A stretch of 64,000 nucleotides of DNA from Syntrophaceae bacterium (GCA_018056765.1 JAGPFA010000003.1:5821-69820), one strand, 5' to 3'. Counted from the stretch's first letter, positions 46,335-56,174 are shown. Program-made: numbers and translations. The notes: generated by a model not told the origin, from the letters alone.

Positions 46335-48071
46335 ATGACGCAAAAGACGGGGCAGGTTTTAATAATTTCACTTATGCTGATGTGTTTTATTCTCGCGGGC
46401 TGCAGCGGGGGAGGCTCCGACGCGGGCCCGACAGGATTTACACCTCCTCCTTCACCTCCTCCGGGACAAACGTCTTCCTGCACGGGGGCAAGCCCGAATT
46501 GGAGCGCCACACCCGATTATCAATCGGTGAGCGACTGTGTTTCGCGGGCCTCCGCAGGCGACACCATCCAAATTGCGGCTGGCCGTGCCACCTGGTCACA
46601 GACACTGAATCTGGGAGCAAAACGCCTGTCGATTATCGGAGCAGGTATGGACGAGACGATCATCGAGGCGGCATCAAACGGTTTGTGTCTTTTCCGTCTG
46701 GGAACAGGGGGCTCACGACTGGCCCACTTGAGTCTCTATAATAAGGGGGGCGCGCTGTTCATCGGCGGCGGCCAGGGATTCTCCATCGACCATATTCGCT
46801 ATGACAATCCCGCCTCGGTTTCCAAGGGAGAAATTATCATCAACGCCGACTCACCGGAGCGGCATCCGACCGGCATCATTCACTCCTGCCGTTTCGTGAA
46901 CGTCCGGATCGCCATCTATGGCGCAACCTACAACGTCACCGACGACAATTCCTCACACCGGCGCTGGGCGCAGTCCCAGACAATGGGCGGTACCGATGAG
47001 ATCATCTATGTGGAAGGGAACACCTTTTTGTCCGAGCGTCAAACCGGCGGCAACGCCATTGACACCAACTGCGGGGGCCGTTATGTTTTCCGCTACAATA
47101 CGATCACTACCGCCGCCACAGCTACATCCTCAAACGCGGGCCAGTACATTGAAGCCCATTCCGTCCAGGCCATGAACCGGGCCACCCAAAGATGGGAGAT
47201 CTACAACAATGTACTCGATAACAAGGGCGGCCAAACTTATTATCCCTTTCGTCTTCGCGGCGGCACGGGCATAGTGGCAAATAATCTCATCCTGGGGAAA
47301 TGGACCAACTTCGGCATCGCCCTGGACAACGTGCGCAGCTATGCCGATTATTCGGGGACACATAAAGGCGCAAACGGCTCGAGCTTTCTTTATGACTCAT
47401 CAGCCTCTTTCGCCTCGATGTATTTTGTCGGCTCCCTTGTAAAAAATACTACCGCCGGGAGTGAATGCATCAGCACCTCCGGCACATCAAAAACCATGTC
47501 CTGTACCCTGACCGGCGGAACGAGACAGGTTTGGTACTATGGAGACACCTACCGGATCACCCGTCCGGCGCTGGCGGCCATCCGGCCCTGCGACGGCCGG
47601 TCAGCCTGGGACGGTAACTCTGACGAAACAGGCTGGCCATGCCGCGATCAGATCGGCCGGGGGCATGATGAGGTATTGTGGAGGCATGATCCCGCAGGAG
47701 CATACCGCCAGGTATTGATGCCCGCGTATGCCTGGAACAATAAACGTGCGGACGGCATCACCGAATTACCGTTTCACGTCATCAACGACTCACAGCGCCA
47801 TATCAAGCCGGAACGGGACTATTACAACTTCACCGACATGTTTGACGGCACGGCAGGCGTCGGCCGCGGCCCCTTCTCATCACGGCCGGCCACCTGTACC
47901 GAGAACACGGCCTATTTCGCCACGAACGCAGGAGACATGGGCACACTCTACAAATGCACCGCCCCAAATACCTGGACGGCTTATTTTGAGCCGGCGCCCT
48001 GCCCTCATCCTCTGGCGGGCCTTTCGGGGCGATGCACCACAGAGCCGGGAGCGGATGGCTATAATCGCTGA
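46335..48071 (+). CDS. Secreted lipoprotein with probable right-handed parallel beta-helix (pectin-lyase-fold) domain
   Basis: Lipobox LMCFILAGCSGG, Pro-rich linker, then periodic I/V-x-N/G-rich strands (IIGAGMDETII, FIGGGQGFSIDHI, IIHSCRFVNVRIAIYG, VANNLILG). The fold call is an inference. Confidence 0.5.
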   Translation: MTQKTGQVLIISLMLMCFILAGCSGGGSDAGPTGFTPPPSPPPGQTSSCTGASPNWSATPDYQSVSDCVSRASAGDTIQIAAGRATWSQTLNLGAKRLSIIGAGMDETIIEAASNGLCLFRLGTGGSRLAHLSLYNKGGALFIGGGQGFSIDHIRYDNPASVSKGEIIINADSPERHPTGIIHSCRFVNVRIAIYGATYNVTDDNSSHRRWAQSQTMGGTDEIIYVEGNTFLSERQTGGNAIDTNCGGRYVFRYNTITTAATATSSNAGQYIEAHSVQAMNRATQRWEIYNNVLDNKGGQTYYPFRLRGGTGIVANNLILGKWTNFGIALDNVRSYADYSGTHKGANGSSFLYDSSASFASMYFVGSLVKNTTAGSECISTSGTSKTMSCTLTGGTRQVWYYGDTYRITRPALAAIRPCDGRSAWDGNSDETGWPCRDQIGRGHDEVLWRHDPAGAYRQVLMPAYAWNNKRADGITELPFHVINDSQRHIKPERDYYNFTDMFDGTAGVGRGPFSSRPATCTENTAYFATNAGDMGTLYKCTAPNTWTAYFEPAPCPHPLAGLSGRCTTEPGADGYNR

Positions 48072-48272
48072 GGTGGAGAAGGAAGGGTCACGCCCAGGCA
48101 ATGACGGACGGGAGGAAACTCAACCAGAGAGTCTCCGCCCGACGCGGCCCATGTGCGTCGAACCGGATAAATCATTTCCTCGCTGCAAGCGGCCCCGCGC
48201 CCGCTTGACAAACACTCAAATCACAGTTAAGTTACCCTAAATGCTTGTCGGAAAAGGAAAAAAGCGGGGGCC

Positions 48273-50438
48273 ATGATGAATACTCAATCCATAACCTGTA
48301 ATAATCAGGAATTGCCCGAGTGGCAAAAGCAGCTCGGCGAATATCTCGTTGATACGGCGCAGCGCTCGATCATTTTCACCGACATCCTCCGCAAAAGAGG
48401 TAATGACTACATCAAGCATATCCGCAGCGGCCAGCCGCCTGTGCTGACCTTCAACTACGAAATGATCTTAAACGCCAAGGATTTCGACCGTCCGGTGAAT
48501 TACGCACTGGTGAGAATTTCCGACCGCCGCTACCATGATATAGTTCACGCAGGAGAGGAAACCCGCCACAAAAGTAAAGAGCGTCTGACCAGACCCAAAC
48601 GGCCGATTATCATTGTCGACCCGCGCGCCGGCCACGGTCCTGGTATCGGCGGCTCCAAGCGTGACTCGGAAGTCGGCATGGCATTGGAGCACGGACACCC
48701 GGTATATTTCATGATTTTCTACACAGAGCCGTTTCCCCACCAGACCATGACGGACGTCATTCTGGCCATGGAAAAGTTTATTGAAAAAGTAGTCGAGCTG
48801 CACCCCAGGGCAGACGCGCCCGCGATTATGGGCAACTGCCAGGCCGGCTGGGCTGCCGCGCTGGCCTGCGCGGACCGCCCCGACATCGCCGGACCACTGG
48901 TATTGAACGGCGCCCCTCTTTCCTATTGGAGTGGGGTAGCCGGCGTCAACCCGATGCGCTACAAAGGCGGCCTTGTCGGCGGGGTCTGGGTCAACTCTTT
49001 TTTGAGTGATCTGGGCAATGGAATTTTTGACGGCGCCAATCTCGTGTATAATTTCGAAACACTCAACCCGGCCAACACGCTGTGGACAAAACAATACAAT
49101 GTGTTTTCACAGGTAGACACGGAAGAGCAGCGGTATCTGGCCTTTGAACGCTGGTGGGGCGGTTTTTTCATGCTGACCACCGAAGAAATCCACTACATCG
49201 TCCGCAACCTTTTCGTCGGCAACAAACTGGAAAAAGGCCGCCTTGAGCTGCATGAAGGCCAGAGAATAAGCCTCAAAAACATTCGAAGCCCGATTATTGT
49301 GTTTGCCTCCATGGGAGACAATATCACGCCCGCCCAGCAGGCGCTCAACTGGATCCCCCGCGTGTACAGCTCGGTGGAGGACATCAAGAGAAACGGACAG
49401 GTGATCGTCTATATTGTCCATGAAGAAATCGGTCATCTGGGCATCTTCGTCGCTGGTTCCATCGCCAAAAAGGAGCACAAGCAGATCATCGCCAACTTCG
49501 ACATGATCGAGTTTCTGCAGCCGGGCCTCTATGAGATGGTCATTAAAGGAGACGTAAAAAGCGACGATTTTGAGGCCGAGTTCGTGCCCCGGACTTTTGA
49601 CGACATTGCGGCCTATGATGACGGAACGGAAGATGAAATCGATTTCAGCGTGGTAAACAAGATTTCCGAGACCAACGACAACATCTACCAGCTTTTTGCG
49701 CGCCCCTGGGTAAAATTCTGGACGACGGAGCTGTCGGCGGAAATATTACGCTATCTGCACCCGCTGCGTCTCCAGCGGTACGCATTTGCCGACATCAATC
49801 CTCTGATGAGGCCGGTAAAAAATATCGCTTCCATTGTACGCCAGAACCGCCACCCGGCCGCTTCGGATAACCCTTTTACCGCCATGGAAAAAGATTTCGC
49901 CTCCTATATGGATGGCGTGCTCGACATTTATCGCGACTGGCGCGACCTCAACCACGAGGCCATGTTTCAGATGCTCTATCAAAGTGGACTGCTGAGACTC
50001 TTCTTCCCGCCTGAGTTGCCGGAGGAACCAAAAGACACGTCCGAAGAAGACAGGGCCGACTATGACAGAAGGTTGCAGGTGCTCGAAGAAGGGGGCCATG
50101 CGGCCGGCCTGATTCGAATTTATATGGCCATCGCCAAGGCCACGGGGTTTATCAAGCAGAAACACTTTGAAATCGCCAATGAAATCTCACGCACCCACAA
50201 AGTGTTACGTAAACTGCGCCGTGCCGAATTCAAAAAAATCATGCACGATCAAACGGCCATATTACAGGCGGATGAAGATAAAGCCCTCAATGCATTATCC
50301 GTGCTGATCAAAGACCATGATGACCGCCTCGAGGCGCTGAGTATTGCCCGCCGGCTGGCATTGGCCGACGGTATTTACAGCGAAGAAGAAAAAACTCTGC
50401 TTGAAAAAATAAAGGCAGGCCTCGGGTTAAATAAATAA
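48273..50438 (+). CDS. DUF3141-like (PHA-synthase-related alpha/beta hydrolase-like) protein with TerB-like C-terminal tail
   Basis: 721 aa. The N-terminal region matches my recollection of the DUF3141 family. GNCQAGWA resembles a PhaC-type lipase box with a Cys nucleophile. The C-terminal RRLALADGIYSEEEKTLLEKIKAGLGL is TerB/DnaJ-like-helper-like. Confidence 0.5.
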   Translation: MMNTQSITCNNQELPEWQKQLGEYLVDTAQRSIIFTDILRKRGNDYIKHIRSGQPPVLTFNYEMILNAKDFDRPVNYALVRISDRRYHDIVHAGEETRHKSKERLTRPKRPIIIVDPRAGHGPGIGGSKRDSEVGMALEHGHPVYFMIFYTEPFPHQTMTDVILAMEKFIEKVVELHPRADAPAIMGNCQAGWAAALACADRPDIAGPLVLNGAPLSYWSGVAGVNPMRYKGGLVGGVWVNSFLSDLGNGIFDGANLVYNFETLNPANTLWTKQYNVFSQVDTEEQRYLAFERWWGGFFMLTTEEIHYIVRNLFVGNKLEKGRLELHEGQRISLKNIRSPIIVFASMGDNITPAQQALNWIPRVYSSVEDIKRNGQVIVYIVHEEIGHLGIFVAGSIAKKEHKQIIANFDMIEFLQPGLYEMVIKGDVKSDDFEAEFVPRTFDDIAAYDDGTEDEIDFSVVNKISETNDNIYQLFARPWVKFWTTELSAEILRYLHPLRLQRYAFADINPLMRPVKNIASIVRQNRHPAASDNPFTAMEKDFASYMDGVLDIYRDWRDLNHEAMFQMLYQSGLLRLFFPPELPEEPKDTSEEDRADYDRRLQVLEEGGHAAGLIRIYMAIAKATGFIKQKHFEIANEISRTHKVLRKLRRAEFKKIMHDQTAILQADEDKALNALSVLIKDHDDRLEALSIARRLALADGIYSEEEKTLLEKIKAGLGLNK

Positions 50439-50853
50439 AACTCGCCGCCGCAGTTTGCGGCGCGGCCGGGTGGAACGTGACTCTTTTACCTGAAATTCCG
50501 CCATTTCATCAGCCGGCAAGCATATATACTTACGACCGGCCTTTGTATATATTTAATACACTTTCCGAAACAGGCGGACACTCTCCGCGCGACGGTCAGG
50601 CACAATGCCGCACCGCCTTTTTAAATATCTGAAATACCGGCATAATCGTCCCGGAGTGAAATCTGAAAATCAAAGACGCAAGCTTCATCAGATGGTATGG
50701 TATTTGCTGAATAAACGCTTTGAGTCAACGGCCGCAAATGAACGACCAGACCAAAAGTGCGCCCGACGGGGTTACCGGAGGCGGAAACAGGGTCGATGCG
50801 GTCTTTTCGCGCCTGCGGTTGCAACCGGAACGACGACCATAACGGCGCGGGGC

Positions 50854-50871
50854 TGTGTTGAGAAAAACACA
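50854..50871. promoter_or_regulatory. Palindromic candidate operator upstream of the FadB-like gene
   Basis: TGTGTT-gagaaa-AACACA lies 25 nt upstream of the ATG at 50896, at the end of a 457-nt non-coding leader. Confidence 0.3.
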
Positions 50872-50895
50872 ATTACATTTTAAAGGAGAAATCCA

Positions 50896-52980
50896 ATGTC
50901 AGAGATCGTCACATTTTCGACAGAAGGCACGACCGGAATCATCACCGTAAACAACCCCCCGGTCAACGCGTTATCGCAGGCGGTGCGCGCTGGAATCAAG
51001 GCCGGTGTCGCGCAGGGCATTGCTGATGACGGAGTCGATGCCATGGTCATCATCTGCGAGGGGCGCACGTTTATTGCGGGTGCGGACATCCGCGAATTCG
51101 GTAAACCGCCGATGGAACCTCATCTGCCTGACGTGTGCCAATTCATTGAAGACTCGCCCAAACCGGTTATCGCGGCAATTCACGGCACGGCCCTGGGGGG
51201 CGGCCTGGAAATTCCCCTTTCCTGCCATTTCCGTATCGCACAGGCCACAGCCAAAGTGGGTCTGCCGGAAGTGAAGCTGGGGTTACTGCCCGGCGCGGGC
51301 GGTACTCAGAGGCTCCCCCGCCTGGCGGGAGTGCAGGCTGCGCTGGAGATGATCACCTCCGGAACGCCGGTGACGGCACCTAAAGCAAAAACCATCGGAA
51401 TTATCGATGAGATCGTCGAAGGAGATCTGAAACAGGCGGCGCTGGCCTACGCCAGAAAGGTCGTCGATGAGAAGTTGCCACTGCGCAAGGTTTCCACATT
51501 GAGCGCAAAACTGGATTCCCCCACTATATTTGAAGATTTCGCCAAAGCCAACGCCCGGAAATTCCGCGGCTTTATCGCCCCGTACAAATGCATCGAGGCG
51601 GTTAAAAATGCCACCGAGCTACCCTTTGACGAGGGAATGAAAAGAGAAAGAGAAATCTTCCTTGAGCTGCAGGCCTCCGACCAGTCTAAAGCACAGCGCC
51701 ATGTCTTTTTTGCCGAAAGGGAAGTCGTCCGGATTCCTGGTCTGCCCGCCGATCAGCCGACTCGTGAAATTAAAACAGTGGGTGTTTTAGGTGCGGGAAC
51801 CATGGGCGGTGGGATTGCCATGTGCTTTGCCAATGTCGGGATTCCTGTAAAGCTTCTGGATATGAAGCAGGAGTTTCTCGATAAGGGCATCGGCATCATC
51901 AAAAAGAATTACGCCAACACCGTGTCCAAAGGAAGGCTCAAGCATGAGGCCATGGACAAACGGATGTCGCTAATCAAGCCGACTCTTTCCTACGATGATC
52001 TACAGGACGCGGATCTCGTCATCGAGGCGGTTTTCGAAGACATGGCCATCAAGAAGGAAGTTTTCACCAAACTCGATTCCATCTGTAAGCGGGGTGCAAT
52101 TCTTGCCTCCAATACTTCTTACCTCAACATTGACGAAATCGCCTCCGTGACCGGCCGTCCCGGGGACGTGATGGGGATGCATTTTTTCAGTCCGGCCAAC
52201 GTCATGAGACTTCTGGAAAATGTCCGCGGGGCAAAAACCTCCCCCGAAGTTTATGCCACGGCAATGAAAATCGGCAAAACGATCGGCAAGATCCCGGTTC
52301 TGGTCGGGGTGTGCGACGGTTTTGTCGGGAACCGCATGCTTGCCAAACGCACACGTGAATGCGGATTCATGCTCGAAGAAGGGGCGCTTCCCTGGCAGAT
52401 CGACAAAGTCATCTATGATTTCGGTTTCCCGATGGGCCCCTACGCCATGGGCGACATGGCCGGCCTTGATATCGGCTGGCGGAACCGCAAGGCCAATTTC
52501 GCTTCCCTGACCGAGCGGGAACAGAAAAATAATATTTTGGACAAAGTCTGTGAAATGGGCCGCTTCGGACAGAAAACAGGCCGGGGCTTCTACAAATATG
52601 ATGAAAAGCGTAACGCCACTCCCGACCCGTTGATTGAAGAGCTCATCATCAATCATTCCAAAGAGGTCGGCATCAAACGACGCGAAATTTCCGACGAGGA
52701 AATCGTAGAGCGGGCGATCTACTCGATGATCAACGAGGGCGCAAAAATTCTCGACGAAGGAATCGCCGCCAGGCCTTTGGATATTGACGTGGTCTGGCTC
52801 TACGGCTACGGCTTCCCGGTTTATCTGGGAGGGCCGATGTTTTATGCCGACACGATCGGGCTTAAAAAAGTTTACGGGGCGATCCTTAAATACAGGGACC
52901 TGGTTGGAGCCGAGTACTGGACGCCGGCACCTCTTTTGGAAAAACTGGCCAAAGAAGGAAAGGGATTTTATTCAAAGTAA
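50896..52980 (+). CDS. Bifunctional enoyl-CoA hydratase / 3-hydroxyacyl-CoA dehydrogenase (FadB/FadJ-like)
   Basis: AAAGGAGA Shine-Dalgarno. N-terminal crotonase motifs (NPPVNAL, FIAGADIREF, HGTALGGGLE). Central NAD-binding motif GVLGAGTMGGGIA. 3HCDH C-terminal domains. Confidence 0.9.
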   Translation: MSEIVTFSTEGTTGIITVNNPPVNALSQAVRAGIKAGVAQGIADDGVDAMVIICEGRTFIAGADIREFGKPPMEPHLPDVCQFIEDSPKPVIAAIHGTALGGGLEIPLSCHFRIAQATAKVGLPEVKLGLLPGAGGTQRLPRLAGVQAALEMITSGTPVTAPKAKTIGIIDEIVEGDLKQAALAYARKVVDEKLPLRKVSTLSAKLDSPTIFEDFAKANARKFRGFIAPYKCIEAVKNATELPFDEGMKREREIFLELQASDQSKAQRHVFFAEREVVRIPGLPADQPTREIKTVGVLGAGTMGGGIAMCFANVGIPVKLLDMKQEFLDKGIGIIKKNYANTVSKGRLKHEAMDKRMSLIKPTLSYDDLQDADLVIEAVFEDMAIKKEVFTKLDSICKRGAILASNTSYLNIDEIASVTGRPGDVMGMHFFSPANVMRLLENVRGAKTSPEVYATAMKIGKTIGKIPVLVGVCDGFVGNRMLAKRTRECGFMLEEGALPWQIDKVIYDFGFPMGPYAMGDMAGLDIGWRNRKANFASLTEREQKNNILDKVCEMGRFGQKTGRGFYKYDEKRNATPDPLIEELIINHSKEVGIKRREISDEEIVERAIYSMINEGAKILDEGIAARPLDIDVVWLYGYGFPVYLGGPMFYADTIGLKKVYGAILKYRDLVGAEYWTPAPLLEKLAKEGKGFYSK

Positions 52981-52998
52981 CAAACATCGCGTGAGGCC

Positions 52999-53195
52999 GG
53001 AGGTGGAGGGTTAGCAGATTAGATGATCAGAAGTTGAGAGGGTTGGAGAAATTGTGGCTGGCAATCAGCTCGTGGCTGAGGATGAAGGCTAAAGGATGCT
53101 TCGACAGGCTCAGCATGAACGGACATTGGGGCTCAGCACGGACGGCAATAATGCGCGAAGCTCACCCTGAGCCTGTCGAAGGGCAGCTCATAGTC
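52999..53195. repeat. Mosaic intergenic repeat cluster 6 (inverted orientation)
   Basis: Reverse complements of the cluster words: GGAGGTGGAG, GCAGATTAGATGA, GAAGTTGAGAGGGTTGGAG, GCTCGTGGCTG, GGCTAAAGG, GATGCTTCGACAGGCTCAGCATGAACGG, GCGCGAAGC, GCCTGTCGAAGG. Confidence 0.75.
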
Positions 53196-53325
53196 CGAGG
53201 AAATCCCCGCGCTCCCTTAAGTTGCCCTTTTTTAAAAGACTTTTAAGGGGATTTAGGGAATTGAAGCTGGTCAGAATACTTTACATGATGCGTAGTCCTG
53301 ACCACGTAATCATGATCAGATATTC

Positions 53326-53715
53326 CTATTGCGGATATTCCCATTGGCCGCTGTGCGGATTGTATTGAGGTGTCACGTCGGGAGGCACATAGCGCCAGTC
53401 CCCGCTGTGCGGATTGTATTTAAGTTCTGAGTCAGGGCTGGCGGTCTCCCAATTACCGGAATGCGGATTATATTTTTGTTGATAGTCCGGCGGGGCCATA
53501 TCCCAGTTGCCGCTGTGCGGATTGTACTTCGGAGTGGCGTTCGGGGCGGCATAACCCCAGGTTCCCGAATGCGGATTATATTTGAGTTCTGAATCCGGAG
53601 CCACCGTTTCCCATTGGCCTGAATGAGGATTGTACTTTTGATCCGCAAAGGCCGCTCCCGGTGTGCTCAGGCAAATCATGATAATCAAAATTTTCACTAA
53701 ACGACCGACCTTCAT
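53326..53715 (-). CDS. Secreted protein made of 18-aa KYNPHSGxW tandem repeats
   Basis: ATG at 53715 after GGGAGA. Signal peptide MKVGRLVKILIIMICLSTPGAAFA. Then 5.7 tandem units KYNPHSG(Q/T/N/D)W-x3-(A/S/P)P(D/N)-x3 (54-nt period, 53329-53637). Confidence 0.65.
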   Translation of the reverse strand: MKVGRLVKILIIMICLSTPGAAFADQKYNPHSGQWETVAPDSELKYNPHSGTWGYAAPNATPKYNPHSGNWDMAPPDYQQKYNPHSGNWETASPDSELKYNPHSGDWRYVPPDVTPQYNPHSGQWEYPQ

Positions 53716-54053
53716 GGCAATCTCCCTTCGATGACCAATGAAAAGCTCGCCCTGGCAGGAGGAAAAGTGCAATCGGAGACTTAGGCGATATCTTTTTAAA
53801 CTTTTATTCAAACCATGACCTCCGCAACGCTATTTACCAACGCGGCACCATGTCTCCATCTTTTGCAAATCACCTGCGTCATATACTTCCCGTCATTAGT
53901 GATTATTTTTTATTTCAGCGACACTCATTACACAAACAGGATTTATGCCAAAAAGATCATCTTTGGCGATAGTCTAACGATGTATTTTTTGCATACCAGT
54001 TCATATGTAATGCCGGCCGCGGCCTCTCAGTGCCGTCGGCCGGCTGCGAACTG

Positions 54054-54791
54054 TTATGCTACCGGCTGTCTGGGCTTTTCAAGATTACGAAGATTCCTCT
54101 CGATTTTTATGAATACTGAAAGGAAGACAACAAGTAAAAACAATCCAAAACACGCACCTGCAAGAGACAGGTTGCGCACAGAATCCGCCTTCGCCTGAAG
54201 ATGATCGTCACGGGCATCCGAAATTCGCTTATGCTCAGCATCTATCTTGCCGTTGAATTCTTCTGTATATGTATTCAATACTTGATTTACAACATCGATT
54301 GCCGACGTGTTCCTCGCCAGGCTTTCGATCTTCTTGTCCGCCAGTATTTTGGGAACGGCTTTTGCGAAGCCCTTCGCATATGCCGTGACCAGTTCCTCAG
54401 ATTCATAAACCTCGGCACGGCCCTTCGTCACATCCACAACCCGCTCCTTGTCCACTCCCTCTACACCGTAAGACATTCTCTCTACGAAGGAAACGATAGC
54501 GTCAGCCGCCGCTTCATAGTATTTCTGATTTTTATCAATGGTGATCTTTTCCGGAGTTTCGGCCTTATGACCACGGAACGGCTCATCGGACATTGATTTT
54601 GGAGAAGTTATTGTTTTAATAATCGCATCTGAGGTCATCTCAGGCGGTTTAATATTTGTGCCCGGTCCATCACCAAATCCTTTTAGTGATCCGAAACCGA
54701 ACATTACCGCGCCAACAAGTAATAAGCCCGACGTGATAATAACAACTGTTCTTAGGATGGCCAGATACACATTTTCCAATTTTTGAAGCAT
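54054..54791 (-). CDS. Hypothetical membrane protein (one TM segment at each end)
   Basis: 245 aa. N-terminal hydrophobic helix LAILRTVVIITSGLLLVGAVMFGF and C-terminal AGACFGLFLLVVFLSVFI. The central region is a charged soluble domain with no recognised motif. Confidence 0.5.
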   Translation of the reverse strand: MLQKLENVYLAILRTVVIITSGLLLVGAVMFGFGSLKGFGDGPGTNIKPPEMTSDAIIKTITSPKSMSDEPFRGHKAETPEKITIDKNQKYYEAAADAIVSFVERMSYGVEGVDKERVVDVTKGRAEVYESEELVTAYAKGFAKAVPKILADKKIESLARNTSAIDVVNQVLNTYTEEFNGKIDAEHKRISDARDDHLQAKADSVRNLSLAGACFGLFLLVVFLSVFIKIERNLRNLEKPRQPVA

Positions 54792-55006
54792 GACGATCTC
54801 CTTTCTTTATTTTTCCGCATTTCTGAGTACGGTTTTACATACAGCATCGGGATATTCTATTCTCAGAGGCCTGGACATGTGTGACTCCCTCATCCTCGAA
54901 TGCTCGGTCTGTTATCATAAGTAATGTGATAATTCAAGACCTGACCCCAGTGCTGTGACCCCAGTGCTGCGCATCGGCCCAGAAATCAGCTGTTAATTCC
55001 GACTCT

Positions 55007-56116
55007 TTACTTTGCGAGCCAGCCCAGACCGGGGGCGTGCAGACTCTGGATGTAGAGCCGCTCCGGGGTTTCCGTCACACCCGTCGCCTCGGGATAGGCG
55101 CCTTGGGGATCCTGCAGATCCGCCACCACCTTCCCATCCTCTGTAAAGGCGAAGACATGGCTGTAAGCCTTGGGCACGGGCCACAGTGAGCGCGGCAGGC
55201 GCAGGCTCAACTTTCTTTTAAAGGGGCTGGGCATCATTTTATCGCCCGCGGCATTGCGGGGCTTGACCAGGCCGACCCAGATTCTGCCATCCATGCCACG
55301 CATCAGGTTATCCGGATAGCCGGGAAGATTGTCAAAAACCACCGTGGCCGGCCCGGCATCACCCTTTACATTAAGACCATACCGATCTACCGGGATCTTC
55401 CAGATACGGTACCTGCCTGTTTCGGCGACAAACAACCACTTTTCATCATGGCTCAACGCCACGCCGTTGGCAAAGCAAAACCCTTTGGCAACGATACGTG
55501 TCGCCTTGTCCGTCGTGTCATACTCAAGTATCCGTCCGGTGCAGGACTGCTCCAGGATGTCCAGAATGCTCGCATTAAACACACCGCCCCATTGGGCAGG
55601 CGAAAAACGAGTGGTGGCGTCGCTGAAATAAATTTTGCCGCTCCGTGCGACGACCACTGCATCGGCGTAGCGAATCGGGTCGCCGTCAACCTTGTCGGCA
55701 AGTATGGTCACCTGCTTGTCGCTGCCGATCAACACAAGTCCTTTTACAGCATCGGCGGCGATCATGCGCCCTTCAGCATCAAAATCAAAACCCAGAACGC
55801 GCCCGCCCGTATTGATAAACACTTCCTGTTCGCTACCGTCCTGATTCATGCGCAGAATATTGCCGCTGGCGACAGTTGTATAGAGCTTCCCGTCTTTGCC
55901 GATTACGATATGCTCCGGACCTTCTTCCGCGCCCAGACCGATGATCTTCAGATCGGCAAGCTTTGTGTTGACCTCATACGGCCCCACGTAACCAGGCGGC
56001 ATGGGGGCGTCCCAGGCCACAGGCTCAATCGGCACCGGCCACAAAGCCAGATAAGCAAAAAGTACACAAAGAATAATGACAACGACGCTTGCAAAAATCA
56101 GCAGAGCCTTTTTCAT
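55007..56116 (-). CDS. Strictosidine-synthase-like / SMP-30-gluconolactonase-LRE (six-bladed beta-propeller) family protein, membrane-anchored
   Basis: ATG at 56116 after AAGGAGGAGG. N-terminal anchor MKKALLIFASVVVIILCVLFAYLAL. GPEHIVIGKDGKLYT, YADAVVVARSGKIYFSD, FCFANGVALSHDEKWLFVAET, and PGYPDNL are typical of the family. Confidence 0.7.
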   Translation of the reverse strand: MKKALLIFASVVVIILCVLFAYLALWPVPIEPVAWDAPMPPGYVGPYEVNTKLADLKIIGLGAEEGPEHIVIGKDGKLYTTVASGNILRMNQDGSEQEVFINTGGRVLGFDFDAEGRMIAADAVKGLVLIGSDKQVTILADKVDGDPIRYADAVVVARSGKIYFSDATTRFSPAQWGGVFNASILDILEQSCTGRILEYDTTDKATRIVAKGFCFANGVALSHDEKWLFVAETGRYRIWKIPVDRYGLNVKGDAGPATVVFDNLPGYPDNLMRGMDGRIWVGLVKPRNAAGDKMMPSPFKRKLSLRLPRSLWPVPKAYSHVFAFTEDGKVVADLQDPQGAYPEATGVTETPERLYIQSLHAPGLGWLAK

Positions 56117-56174
56117 AACCTCCTCCTTGAAACAATTTTTAAAATGGTTGGAGTTTTGTACACTGCACACCAAG

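Noticed and set aside
50441-50470. A hairpin after the DUF3141 gene (CCGCCGCA-gtt-TGCGGCG) as an intrinsic terminator.
   Set aside because: It has only a 7-bp stem and a 3-nt loop and is not followed by a T-run, so there is not enough support to annotate it.
28697-54949. The inverted 23-mers as terminal inverted repeats of a 26-kb mobile element.
   Set aside because: The interval is filled with housekeeping and metabolic genes and has no transposase or integrase. The repeats are short and sit within other small-repeat words.
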